Assembly (NCBI GenBank): GCA_044222185.1
Contig: JBGANV010000003.1
Span: forward strand, 480,001 to 544,000
DNA from: Planctomycetota bacterium
Lineage (GTDB): Bacteria; Planctomycetota; GCA-002687715; CAIWVZ01
DNA: 64,000 nt
Direction: 5' to 3'
In this document: positions 51,701 to 60,284 of the stretch, one piece after another
How the letters are laid out: each line of letters opens with the position of its first letter
Position numbering within the stretch: the stretch's first letter is position 1
Made by a program: the position numbers and the translations under genes
Notes under the pieces: model-generated
Seen by the model: the letters and a program-made list of their open reading frames with translations, nothing else
Told to the model about the DNA's origin: nothing
Databases searched by the model: none

Positions 51701-52187
51701 AGACGGGGACGATCCCGGGATGCTGGAGCCGCGCGATGGTCTCGACCTCACGGCGAAATCGCTGGCGGGCCTTGGGGAAGTAGAGATACTCCGGACGGAT
51801 CACCTTCAGTGCGACGATCCGACCGAGGCCGCGCTGCTCGGCGCGATAGACGACGCCCATCCCGCCAGCCCCGACACGCTCGATCAGCCGGAAATCGCCG
51901 AGACCGTCAGGAAACCCGGCCGGCGCAGCGTCATCCGCCCCGGCGCCGACTTCATGATCGAGCCAGGCATCGATCTGTCGGACCTCTGCGACGAGACGGC
52001 GCACGGCGTCCGCGATCGACGGGTTGTCGCGACAAACCCCCTCGAGACGTTCCGTCCGCGCGGGCTCATCGAGCGCCAGGATCTCGGCAACCAGCACTTC
52101 GGCGGCCTCCGTTTGCTCCGAGACGTCCGAGAACCGCCCATCGCCAACCACACCGCCACCATCAGTCGCTTCCATCGGCAGACTCAC
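48765..52187 (-). CDS. Hanks-type Ser/Thr kinase with TM helix and TPR-like C-terminus
   Basis: GAGGMG, VALK, HRDIKPSN, DFG and SPE motifs. TM IAAASLLTFLAILGW, followed by long helical repeats. Confidence 0.88.
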   Translation of the reverse strand: MSLPMEATDGGGVVGDGRFSDVSEQTEAAEVLVAEILALDEPARTERLEGVCRDNPSIADAVRRLVAEVRQIDAWLDHEVGAGADDAAPAGFPDGLGDFRLIERVGAGGMGVVYRAEQRGLGRIVALKVIRPEYLYFPKARQRFRREVETIARLQHPGIVPVFSVGEDAGVPYFAMEFIEGCTLADVLEDLAGADPSTLSGADIAAAVGRRAGWAADDLQLVQAEFRESWTNAWLGIGRQVAEALEHAHARGVIHRDIKPSNLMVTRGGRVMLVDFGLASAEGTEKLTRSQTPIGSLIYMSPEVFTGGVVGSHSDVYSLAVTLYECIGLRHPFAAVRSSRELQDCITNGRAAPLRRFRPFVPRRVSDLIQRAMAVDHKFRFQTASSFAEIVDAARRDDVRLSIILPFRLRIAIFLGARHHLVRGLKIAAASLLTFLAILGWREFTHGQELQRTVEALRAANAAAKAEAQATEAAIDAVLLAVDAALYSDTMQREHEPASQVEAMVALLEDNSRITGPVRVAVECAVAWLSPAVGAHERSLGALGAAWAARNAEPPRSRGKVFRLGLSYVRSALTLGDVDLAERILGEVEAEWPIEALSATQRRDRLGLAGMVLANRGRLADAARAFDEAAADIPSSSAAERRLTLEYRFWAINCAIEAGDVSAAKSNLEAARGVVDAIEAPISRTRSTLLLREAALCRTLNDKDGCLKFGREALRQATLLCGPGSTVGVNCARFLGDALLHFSDAAAAHEVLEAALPAAAATGRSPLDRADLLNIAAAARRIVGDLSGAAAAVDESLALQTQIPGSRRKDVFATTLVQQATIAIEQGDVEAATSAFWRARETSLTYCADVIAYRWQADSGLVACLLLDQQAEHAREIIRPYVRSSDVAVRLMAQSLSARSLVRCGDVITAQTEIAEALRDVPPGVALSRTVNFGAADVSYYAGDVDAAREFAECALPLKSPHEQSAHPVAELYRWMEAAVDSGHAIEVLPVAMRAREAIRRGSPFLEQRHAQLTLILARCLADAGQLDRAMTEGRDAMLTIESLPAIVGGGAELYRHAAIVMGKCGDWDNAQTWATRALQVARGVSTFPGWCRAEMEAVASPAEVGSLGESGTSQCVRFPMGPWSGPRLRELKRPALDRR

Positions 52188-52530
52188 GACAGGTCACGCA
52201 GCTCACGCAGCACTCCCGCCCGGACGGGCGATTCTAAGGACGTCGGGGCCGCCCCGCCTCGTCCTTGACCTGAATCGGAACCCGCCAGCTGCCGCGACAA
52301 AATTGTCGCCGGAGTTTCACCGAGCAGCGGCCCCCCGGACCAGCTCGGTGTTCCGTCCCCCCGGGCCCGCGGAACTGCGAGAAACTCGTTGACAATCCCG
52401 AGGGACCGGGCGTATTTCTATCGCAGTTCGTTTGCCGTGCGTTCAACCAGACCACCAGAGGTCCCGACCCGCGCCTTGCGATGCGTCGTGCGGTCGTCGT
52501 GCGCCTTCAACACGCATACAGGAGTGATCG

Positions 52531-54132
52531 ATGAGAGCCGCCATCTCTGCCGTCGTGCTCGCCGCATCCCTCGCGGCGCAAACTCAGATCTGCTCGCCAC
52601 TGCTCTCCGGGAACGGGCAATCGGGGAACATCTTCGACGTGGCCAACGTTTCGGCCCAGACCGTGACGATCACGGGCATCGGACAGAACTTCTTTGCAGC
52701 CGGCACGTGCGTCTACGAAGCGTGGGTCACCACGAACGGTGGGCCGTGGAACGGGCTGCAGAACAACGCAGCCGCGTGGACGCGCGTCGGCACGACAGGA
52801 ACGACACCGATCGCCGTCCCAGGCGCCGGCACTGCGTTCACGATCCCGTTCTGCGTCAACATCACGCTCGCGCCCGGCCAGGTCCTCGGCATGTACCTGA
52901 CCTGCACGAACGCCACTGGGACGATCGTCGCCTACACCAATGGCACTGCCATCGGCACACCACTGATCAATGACGGCACGCTCGAGATCCGCAGCGGCCT
53001 CGGCAACGCATATCCGTTCGGGGGGACCTTCAGCCCGCGCAACTGGAACGGCTGCCTCAGCTACGTGTTCGGCACTGCGTCCGCCACCTACGAGACGAAT
53101 GACCCGCTCTCGACTTTCACCTTCGACACGTCCGTCGGCTCGGGATGCACCGCGGCCGCCACGACGGTCTGCCCGAATGAAGTCCACTCGGCAAATTTCG
53201 CGTCGAGCCAGGTGGGAGCGCCGTTCGAGACGATCGTGACGCTCGAGGGCACGTACCCGGGCAACGGTCCACCGGCGATCACGACCGCCAACGGCCAGAT
53301 CGTCAACGTCAACCTCTTCTCGCCGACGCTGTTCTGGCTGAACGGCGGCGCGGCGCCGATCTTCGCCCCGCACCCAGGGGCGTTCAACTTCGCGTTCAAC
53401 ACGGGCCCAGTGCCCTTCACGGCCTCCGCACAGCAGGCAGTTCTGACGCCCGCACATCCGGACGGATTCGCGCTCAGCCAGGCCGGTCAGCTGACGATTT
53501 CCGCAGGAGTGACATCGGTCCCAGGTCCTTCCGGCGATGACGTCGCGCTCGCGATTCCGCTCGGCGGGCAGCCGGGTTGCGGGCCGGGCTCCGTGTCGTT
53601 CTTCGGTTCGACCTACACCACCATGCAGGTGATCACGAACGGCCGCGTCATGTTCGGCACGGCGAACACGTCGTTCACTCCGACCGCTGCGGCCGCTCTG
53701 ACGGACGCTCCGAGCATCGGGTGCTGGACCGACTTCAACACGGCGACCGGCGGGAACATCACGATCGACTTCTCGGTGCCGAACACCGTCCGGGTGAACT
53801 GGAACGCCGTCGCCTACTTCGGCCAGGCCGGCACCGCCAACACGTACTCGATCGTCTTCGACAACACGACGGGTGTGGTGACCCTCGCCAACGTCAACAC
53901 GCTCGGCGCCCAGCTCGTCGGTTCGGCGCTCAACATGTGGACGGGCGCGAGCCCCGGACTCGCTGGCGGCGCGACCAACTCCGGAGCGACTGCGTTCGGA
54001 CCGGGCCTCTCCGGCACCCCAACCCTGCCGACGGACGAGATCTACATCTTCGGCACGGCGCCGCAGCACGCCGGCTGCGCCAACATCTTCTTCGTGCCAA
54101 GCGGGACGTCGTACACGTGGGCAGCGAACTGA
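52531..54132 (+). CDS. Secreted beta-rich protein with nidogen-like C-terminal region
   Basis: AGGAG SD, signal peptide LAA|QT and SFFG.TYT.M.V.TNG.V.FG motif. TTGACA upstream at 52389. Confidence 0.82.
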   Translation: MRAAISAVVLAASLAAQTQICSPLLSGNGQSGNIFDVANVSAQTVTITGIGQNFFAAGTCVYEAWVTTNGGPWNGLQNNAAAWTRVGTTGTTPIAVPGAGTAFTIPFCVNITLAPGQVLGMYLTCTNATGTIVAYTNGTAIGTPLINDGTLEIRSGLGNAYPFGGTFSPRNWNGCLSYVFGTASATYETNDPLSTFTFDTSVGSGCTAAATTVCPNEVHSANFASSQVGAPFETIVTLEGTYPGNGPPAITTANGQIVNVNLFSPTLFWLNGGAAPIFAPHPGAFNFAFNTGPVPFTASAQQAVLTPAHPDGFALSQAGQLTISAGVTSVPGPSGDDVALAIPLGGQPGCGPGSVSFFGSTYTTMQVITNGRVMFGTANTSFTPTAAAALTDAPSIGCWTDFNTATGGNITIDFSVPNTVRVNWNAVAYFGQAGTANTYSIVFDNTTGVVTLANVNTLGAQLVGSALNMWTGASPGLAGGATNSGATAFGPGLSGTPTLPTDEIYIFGTAPQHAGCANIFFVPSGTSYTWAAN

Positions 54133-54285
54133 GCTGACCCGGGCGAGGACCAGGTCTTCCGAACACGGCGCCGACTGCAACGTCGGCGCTGCGTTCGCTT
54201 ACGGAGCGCCCCGCTCGCCGCGGGCATGCGGGCTCGTCCTCCCGCGTCGCGTTGGCTACACTGCCGGCCTCCGAGACTCGATCCG

Positions 54286-54849
54286 TTGCGCTCCACATTC
54301 ACTTCCGCCGTCGTCTTCGTCCTCACCGTCCTGCTCGTGATCGGCTGTTCCACCGGATCCCCGGAGCGCCCGGGCGCACGCTCGACGTCGCCCATGTGGC
54401 TCACGACGAGGACCCCAACCCACGACGAGTTCACCACGGTCCAGGCGGGCAACAGGTCTGCAAACACGGAGGCGACGGACGACACCGACCGTGAGTTGCA
54501 GGAATTCGGAGTGAGTGGGGGCAGCCTGGAGCCGACCGCGGCCATGGCCGCTCTCAAGCGGGCCGGACTCGAACAGAAACTCGAGAACTGGGCGCAGACG
54601 CCACCCGAACCCATGTCCATCGTGCAGCGACACGCGGCACTGACGCTGCACCTGGCGAACGCCGTGAACTGGTCGGCCGTGGAGCGTCGTGCGCTCGACC
54701 CGCAGCGCTTCGATCAACTCGTCGCCGAGTTCAGGGATGCCAGCACCGCGCTCCTGAAGGCGGCGCGTGGGAACGACCGCCCACGTGTCCAGGCGACAGC
54801 ATCCTCGCTGCTTGCGACCTGCGTCGACTGCCACACGACGTTCCGCTGA
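54286..54849 (+). CDS. Lipoprotein cytochrome c (class II / c'-like, C-terminal heme)
   Basis: LVIGC lipobox, helical body and C-terminal CVDCH. Start uncertain (54226 or 54286). Confidence 0.7.
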   Translation: MRSTFTSAVVFVLTVLLVIGCSTGSPERPGARSTSPMWLTTRTPTHDEFTTVQAGNRSANTEATDDTDRELQEFGVSGGSLEPTAAMAALKRAGLEQKLENWAQTPPEPMSIVQRHAALTLHLANAVNWSAVERRALDPQRFDQLVAEFRDASTALLKAARGNDRPRVQATASSLLATCVDCHTTFR

Positions 54850-54907
54850 CCTCCGTCCGCGGCGCCCGCGGCCTCCCGACCGCACAAGCGCCAGCTACAC
54901 TCGCCCC

Positions 54908-56233
54908 ATGCGTGGGTCGCCCTCCGATCAACAGACGACCATCTGGCGCGGCGTCGTCGCCGACACGCCCGAGGATCCATTCCGTCGCAGGAGCGCTGCC
55001 CTTCGCGTTCTGCACGACGGAGCGGTCGTGGCTGGCCCCGGCGGTCGCATTCTCCACGTCGGGCCGTTCGAAGGCGCCGCCGCGGCCTACCCGACTGCGC
55101 ACGTCGACGACCGCCGCCCCGCGTGGATCCTGCCCGGGTTCGTGGATTGTCACACGCACTTCCCGCAGACGTTCGCGATCGCGTCCGGTGGCGGAGACCT
55201 CCTGACGTGGCTTCACGGTCACGTCTTTCCGGAGGAGATCAGGCTCCAGGACCCGACCTATGCGACCCGAGTCGCGGCGGTGTACTGCGACCGCCTCGTG
55301 CGGTCGGGCACGACGACGGCACTCGTATTCGGCTCCCACGACCCGCAGGCGACGGCGCTGTGCCTGCGTGAGGCCCGCCACCGACGACTCCGCGTGATCG
55401 CGGGGAAAGTCCTTCATGGTTGCGACGTTCCGGCCCCGATGCTCGACGGCCCGGACGGCGGTCTGGACGCGTGCCGCGCCCTCGTCGCCGATTGGCATGG
55501 ACGGGACAAGGTTCGAATCGCCGTGATGCCGCGGTTCGCGCTGACGTCCACGGCGCAAACCTATGAAGCCTGTCGTGCACTCCTGCGAGAGAATCCCGGT
55601 CTCCACGTGCACACACACGTGAGCGAGAGCGTGCGCGAGGTCGCCGAAGTGGGCGTGCGATTCCCGGATTCGACGAGCTACTGCGACGCCTACGACCGCG
55701 AAGGCCTGCTCGGACCGAATACGATCCTCGCCCACGGCGTCCATCTGAGCGTCGACGAACGGTCACGGCTTGCGCGGCGCGGCGTCGCGCTCGCGCACTG
55801 CCCGTCCAGCAACGCATTCCTCGGGAGCGGCATCATGTCTCTCCGCGAGGCGATCGAGGCTGGCATCCGCGTCGGGCTCGGGACTGACGTGGGAGCCGGC
55901 ACCTCGTTCTCCGTCGCCGAGGAGACGCGGGCCGCCTACGGCGCCGCCTCATTGCGCGGTCGTCCCCTTTCCGCCGCCGAGATGCTCTGGCTCGCGACTC
56001 AGGGAGGGGCCCAGACGCTGGGATTGGGTGACGAGGTCGGGAGTTTCGCACCCGGCAAGGCCGCGGACTTCGTGATTCTCGACCCCAAGAGCGACCTGTT
56101 CCTCGTCGACCGCCTCGACCGCGCGCCCGACGCGGAATCCAAGCTGTTCGTGCTCCTCTTCCTCGCAGGCGCTGCCGCCATCGGAGATGTGATCATCGAC
56201 GGCCGCAGCGCGATCGCGGAGGGATCCTGCTGA
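54908..56233 (+). CDS. guaD: Guanine deaminase (amidohydrolase)
   Basis: PGFVDCHTHFPQ, LLTWL..FPEE, PRFA, HTHVSE, HCPSSN.FLGSG and GTDVGAG motifs. Confidence 0.9.
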   Translation: MRGSPSDQQTTIWRGVVADTPEDPFRRRSAALRVLHDGAVVAGPGGRILHVGPFEGAAAAYPTAHVDDRRPAWILPGFVDCHTHFPQTFAIASGGGDLLTWLHGHVFPEEIRLQDPTYATRVAAVYCDRLVRSGTTTALVFGSHDPQATALCLREARHRRLRVIAGKVLHGCDVPAPMLDGPDGGLDACRALVADWHGRDKVRIAVMPRFALTSTAQTYEACRALLRENPGLHVHTHVSESVREVAEVGVRFPDSTSYCDAYDREGLLGPNTILAHGVHLSVDERSRLARRGVALAHCPSSNAFLGSGIMSLREAIEAGIRVGLGTDVGAGTSFSVAEETRAAYGAASLRGRPLSAAEMLWLATQGGAQTLGLGDEVGSFAPGKAADFVILDPKSDLFLVDRLDRAPDAESKLFVLLFLAGAAAIGDVIIDGRSAIAEGSC

Positions 56234-57099
56234 TGCGCTGGTTCCGAATCGGCGTCATCGTCGTCATCGTGGCGGTCGCCGCCGTCTTCTTGTGGCTCGC
56301 GCGCTCCGTCCGCCCGAACCTCGTGATGATCGACGCCGAGCCCTACGCGATCGCCGCCTCCGGCCGGGTCGACCACTCCCCCTTCGAAAACCTCCTCGCC
56401 CGGTTCCTGCGCGCCGACGGTTCGTTGGACTACGCGTCCTGGCATGCCGACCCCGCTTCACGAAATGAACTCGATCGTTACCTCGCGACGCTCTCGAAGG
56501 TGAGTCCCAGATCCGCGCCCGCGAGCTATGGCGACACCACGTCCGCCATCGCCTATTACATCAACGCCTACCATGCCGCGGGCATCGCGGTGATCCTGCG
56601 CGCCTGGCCCGTGCGCTCCATCCGAGAGATCGGACCAGACCCGGATCACGACGACGCCCGTGGGTTCTTCCGCCGCAACACGTTCCTGTTCGGCGGATCC
56701 CAGATGACGCTCTACGGTCTCGTGTGCCGATGGCTCGCCGACCTGTCCCCCGACCCGGCCGTCGCGTGCGCGATCGGTGGTTTCAGCCCCATGTTCCCGC
56801 CCGTCCCCAAGTCGATTCCCACGGGGCCGTCGCAACCCTCGTTCTTCGCCGAGCAGGCTCGAGCCTTCGTGAATTCACCGGGAGTGGTCACGCTCGACGA
56901 GGCGCGGCAGCGGGTCCTCGTCTCACCGGCGTTCTTCTGGCGCCACGAGCTCTTCGCCCGAAGCAGCGACGAGGCGGATCCCACGCCCGACATTCGCGCG
57001 CTCTGCGAGCGGTTCGCCGCACCGGATCTCCGCGCATCGCTCCTGCGCGCCCGCAAGTGGGAGCTGGCGCCCGCGGCCGCGGATCTATCGATTCGCTGA
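56233..57099 (+). CDS. DUF547-like exported protein
   Basis: N-terminal TM, DHSPF..LL..F, LDRYLA.L and AYYINAY motifs. Confidence 0.65.
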   Translation: MRWFRIGVIVVIVAVAAVFLWLARSVRPNLVMIDAEPYAIAASGRVDHSPFENLLARFLRADGSLDYASWHADPASRNELDRYLATLSKVSPRSAPASYGDTTSAIAYYINAYHAAGIAVILRAWPVRSIREIGPDPDHDDARGFFRRNTFLFGGSQMTLYGLVCRWLADLSPDPAVACAIGGFSPMFPPVPKSIPTGPSQPSFFAEQARAFVNSPGVVTLDEARQRVLVSPAFFWRHELFARSSDEADPTPDIRALCERFAAPDLRASLLRARKWELAPAAADLSIR

Positions 57100-57111
57100 A
57101 CTCCCCCGAAC

Positions 57112-58572
57112 TCAGCGGTACGCCACGCACCACGCGCCGTCGAGACGCCGCGTGAGCCCGGGGATCACGTCGAGAACGTCCGATCGCTCGCGCGGGACGA
57201 CGAACACCGTGACGCCGTAGCGCTCGGCGGCCGCGGCGAAACGCGCCGCACCGTCCGGCACGACGACGACGGGCCGCGACGTCGCCAAGGCGACGCCCGT
57301 CGCAACCGTCGACTCCGTCATGATGGCGCCCTTGGTGTGCGCCGGTGCACTGCCGGGAATCCCCGCAGCGATGCGCTCGGCGAGGTCGGGGCCGATGTCC
57401 GCCGGCGCCGACTCTCGGTCGCCGATCAGCCACAGGATCGGGCACGACAGCACCGCGACCGTCGCGACGGCGGCGAGGTGGCGCCGTGCGTCCGCTGGCG
57501 CGACCGGGTGCGCTGACGTGCGAGGGTGGAACGCCGTCGCGATCGCCACGGCGGCGGCCGCCACGAGCGGGGCGACGCACGGCAGGAAGACGTACGCCGC
57601 GGGGAGAACCACGGCCGCGACGCAACTCGATGCCACGGCCCCTAGCGCGAGCCACTCCGGATGGCGCACACGCCGCTTCAATCGCAGGCCGAGGAGGACG
57701 CAGCCGAGCGCTACGAGCGGCACCCCCCGATCCCGGCTCAGCTCCCGAGGAAGCGTGCTCCACGCCGGCGACGCGGAGCCGAGCGCGTCGACGGCCGCGG
57801 CGACGCGCATCCACGTCCACGGGCCAGGCGCGTCGGAGTCAGACACGAGGCGCACCTGCGGCGCGAGCAGAACCACGAATACGAGGATCGCAAAGACGAG
57901 CTGCCCCAGCGCACGCCGCGTCTTCCATTGCTGCTGCACCGCGATGTACCCGACACCGGCGAGGACCATTCCGATCGAACTGCCCGCGAGGAGGCTCACG
58001 TCGGCCGCGAGTCCGCAGAGTGCCGCGGCGGCGCCGAGGCGCAAGAGGTTGCGGCCCCCCGTTTCCACCTGGCGGCACATGGCCATGAATGCCCAGAACA
58101 CGAGAACCGCGGCGAGCGCGTCCCGCCATGCGGGTCCGAGCGGGGCGATCAGGGGATCGATCTCGTGGCGCAGCGCGAGAGCGCCGACCGTCGCGAGGCC
58201 AGCGACGATCCCCACCCGGCGAGCGACGACGACGAATGCGAGGACCAGCAGCACGGCGACGAGCGCACACGCGAGGCCCGCGGCATCGGGCCGCGCGGAA
58301 CGATCCGTGCGGCCGAAGATGGCGCCGAGATCCAGACGGAGATCGCGCTCGGAGCCTGCGTCGGGGTAATCCCACGCATGGTGCGAGATGAGCGCCGGCC
58401 CCGCTTGCCCTTCGCCGCGCGAGGAGAAGGCGACGTCGTCGTAGGTCGGTCGCGGCATCGCACCGGCAAGGCGATCGACGCCGACTCGATGGCCTGCCCA
58501 GACGAAGAGGGTGGCGAAGAGCGCGACCGCCGCCGACCAGCGCCAGAGCGTCTGTCGTTCGGTGTCAAACAA
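57112..58572 (-). CDS. Polytopic membrane protein (possibly GT-C/ArnT-like)
   Basis: About 10 hydrophobic segments with a YDD motif in the first loop. TTG start overlaps the radical SAM stop. Confidence 0.55.
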   Translation of the reverse strand: MFDTERQTLWRWSAAVALFATLFVWAGHRVGVDRLAGAMPRPTYDDVAFSSRGEGQAGPALISHHAWDYPDAGSERDLRLDLGAIFGRTDRSARPDAAGLACALVAVLLVLAFVVVARRVGIVAGLATVGALALRHEIDPLIAPLGPAWRDALAAVLVFWAFMAMCRQVETGGRNLLRLGAAAALCGLAADVSLLAGSSIGMVLAGVGYIAVQQQWKTRRALGQLVFAILVFVVLLAPQVRLVSDSDAPGPWTWMRVAAAVDALGSASPAWSTLPRELSRDRGVPLVALGCVLLGLRLKRRVRHPEWLALGAVASSCVAAVVLPAAYVFLPCVAPLVAAAAVAIATAFHPRTSAHPVAPADARRHLAAVATVAVLSCPILWLIGDRESAPADIGPDLAERIAAGIPGSAPAHTKGAIMTESTVATGVALATSRPVVVVPDGAARFAAAAERYGVTVFVVPRERSDVLDVIPGLTRRLDGAWCVAYR

Positions 58573-59725
58573 TCGAGCCGGTCTTCGCGATGATGTAGCA
58601 CCCCTTGCACTGCGGGTGTGGCTCGGCCGAGTAGACGCGACGACGCATCTCCGCGTAGACGGGGCCATTCCAGATCAGCGAGAACGGCCGCTCCATGGAG
58701 TTGCCGATCTCGATCGCATTGGCGAGGCAGCAGGTATACACCTCACCACGGGGGCCGATGTAGGCCTTCCGCCACAGGAAGTGACACCGCGGTTGTCCGT
58801 CCGGAAGCCACGGCAGAGAGTCGATCCATCGCGTCGCATCGGAGCCGCCGGGTTCGCAGCCCGCGCCATCCTCGGACACCTCGGAGAGCCACCGCGGATC
58901 GACCTTCGGGAGATCGACCAATGCCGGCATCGGCGCCGCCGCCTCGTCGGGAGTGAGCTGGAACGGCGCCGGGCGGTCTACGGTGATCCCGTACCGCTCG
59001 GCCCGTCGCAGCGCCTCGGCGAGGCAGAAGTTGGTGAGGGCGCGATCGTTCGCGAGCGTCTCGCCCTCCGAGCCCGGCATGTAGTGCAGGAGGTGGAAGC
59101 ACGAGACGACGTCGGCGCGAAACGCCGCCGCCAGATCGATGAACGCTGGAAACTCGAGGATCGTGCTCCTCATCAGCACGAAGTTGAACGTCAGCCGCGG
59201 CCGGACCGCTCGCGGCATCTTCAGCCGCAGCTTGTTGAACCGCCGGATGTTCTCCATCACCTCGTCGAAGTCGGCGGGGATCCGGATCTTGTTGTAGGTC
59301 TCGCGTGTGGCGCCGTCGATCGAGAACGTGAACGTCTCGGCGCGCTCGACGAGATCGTGGAGGATCTTGCGCTCGCGCATCAACGTCCCGTTGCTGATGA
59401 TCTCGAGGCGAACGTCGTAGCGCCTGAGGTCCGCGAGGAGGCGCGGGAGATTGGGCGACATCAGCGGCTCGCCCGCCGCCGTGAGCTGGACCGTGCGCAG
59501 CGTCGGGAACAGCGTCGCAGCCGTCCGCTGGTAGACGGCCTCCTCCATGGGCACGACGGGAACGAGCCCCTCGCCTTGAGCGCACATGATGCACCGCAGG
59601 TTGCACGCCGTCGTCGTGACCATGTTGAGCCACACCGGGAGGTTCCGCGTGTGGGGCCGGCCGGCCAGTTCGTCCTCGAAGGCCAGACGGGCGTTGCGAT
59701 CCTTCAGTTCCTGCAGCGTTGGCAT
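58565..59725 (-). CDS. Radical SAM protein with SPASM/twitch domain
   Basis: CNLRCIMC, GEP and SIDG motifs. C-terminal C..LW....GEVYTCC...C..C. Confidence 0.92.
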   Translation of the reverse strand: MPTLQELKDRNARLAFEDELAGRPHTRNLPVWLNMVTTTACNLRCIMCAQGEGLVPVVPMEEAVYQRTAATLFPTLRTVQLTAAGEPLMSPNLPRLLADLRRYDVRLEIISNGTLMRERKILHDLVERAETFTFSIDGATRETYNKIRIPADFDEVMENIRRFNKLRLKMPRAVRPRLTFNFVLMRSTILEFPAFIDLAAAFRADVVSCFHLLHYMPGSEGETLANDRALTNFCLAEALRRAERYGITVDRPAPFQLTPDEAAAPMPALVDLPKVDPRWLSEVSEDGAGCEPGGSDATRWIDSLPWLPDGQPRCHFLWRKAYIGPRGEVYTCCLANAIEIGNSMERPFSLIWNGPVYAEMRRRVYSAEPHPQCKGCYIIAKTGSIV

Positions 59726-59798
59726 GGTTGCGTCGTCGCGGGGCTCGGCAGTCTACGGCCCGCTCGCAAGCAGTTCACGCGGCGCCCGGGGATCACGC

Positions 59799-60284
59799 TC
59801 ACTGCCGCGGACGACGCAGCCAGGCGACTGGCCAGCGTGGCGTGACGGCGACCAGCGCGGCGATCAATGGGCCCGTCGTGACGACCCCACCGATGGCGCC
59901 CGTCCACGACAGGTCCGAGCCCCGTCCCAGGTCGTTCGTCCCGCGGAACGGCCACAGGAGCAACACCGCCAGGAGAGCGATCACCATCCCCACGAGCGCC
60001 TCACCGCGCGCACGGCTGACGGGGAGGATGCGCCGCGTCCAGAATGCCGCGAGCCCTAGCGCGAGATACACGAGCGGATACGCGGTCCATGCCGTCAGCG
60101 AAGTCAGCCCATCGAGAAGACCGAATCCAACGGCGGCGGCCACGAAACTCCCGGTCGTCGATCGCCGCGCCCACAGCACGACCCATGCCAGCCCGACGAA
60201 GGGCACTGCGAGTCCGAACTCGCCCAGCATGGCGCGCAGCCAGCACGCGGTGATCACGCTCAGGAGCGAAACGACGGCAATCAC
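59799..60284 (-). CDS. mreD: Putative rod shape-determining protein MreD
   Basis: About 5 TM helices with a GLLDG motif. GTG start overlaps the mreC stop (GTGA). Confidence 0.55.
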   Translation of the reverse strand: MIAVVSLLSVITACWLRAMLGEFGLAVPFVGLAWVVLWARRSTTGSFVAAAVGFGLLDGLTSLTAWTAYPLVYLALGLAAFWTRRILPVSRARGEALVGMVIALLAVLLLWPFRGTNDLGRGSDLSWTGAIGGVVTTGPLIAALVAVTPRWPVAWLRRPRQ

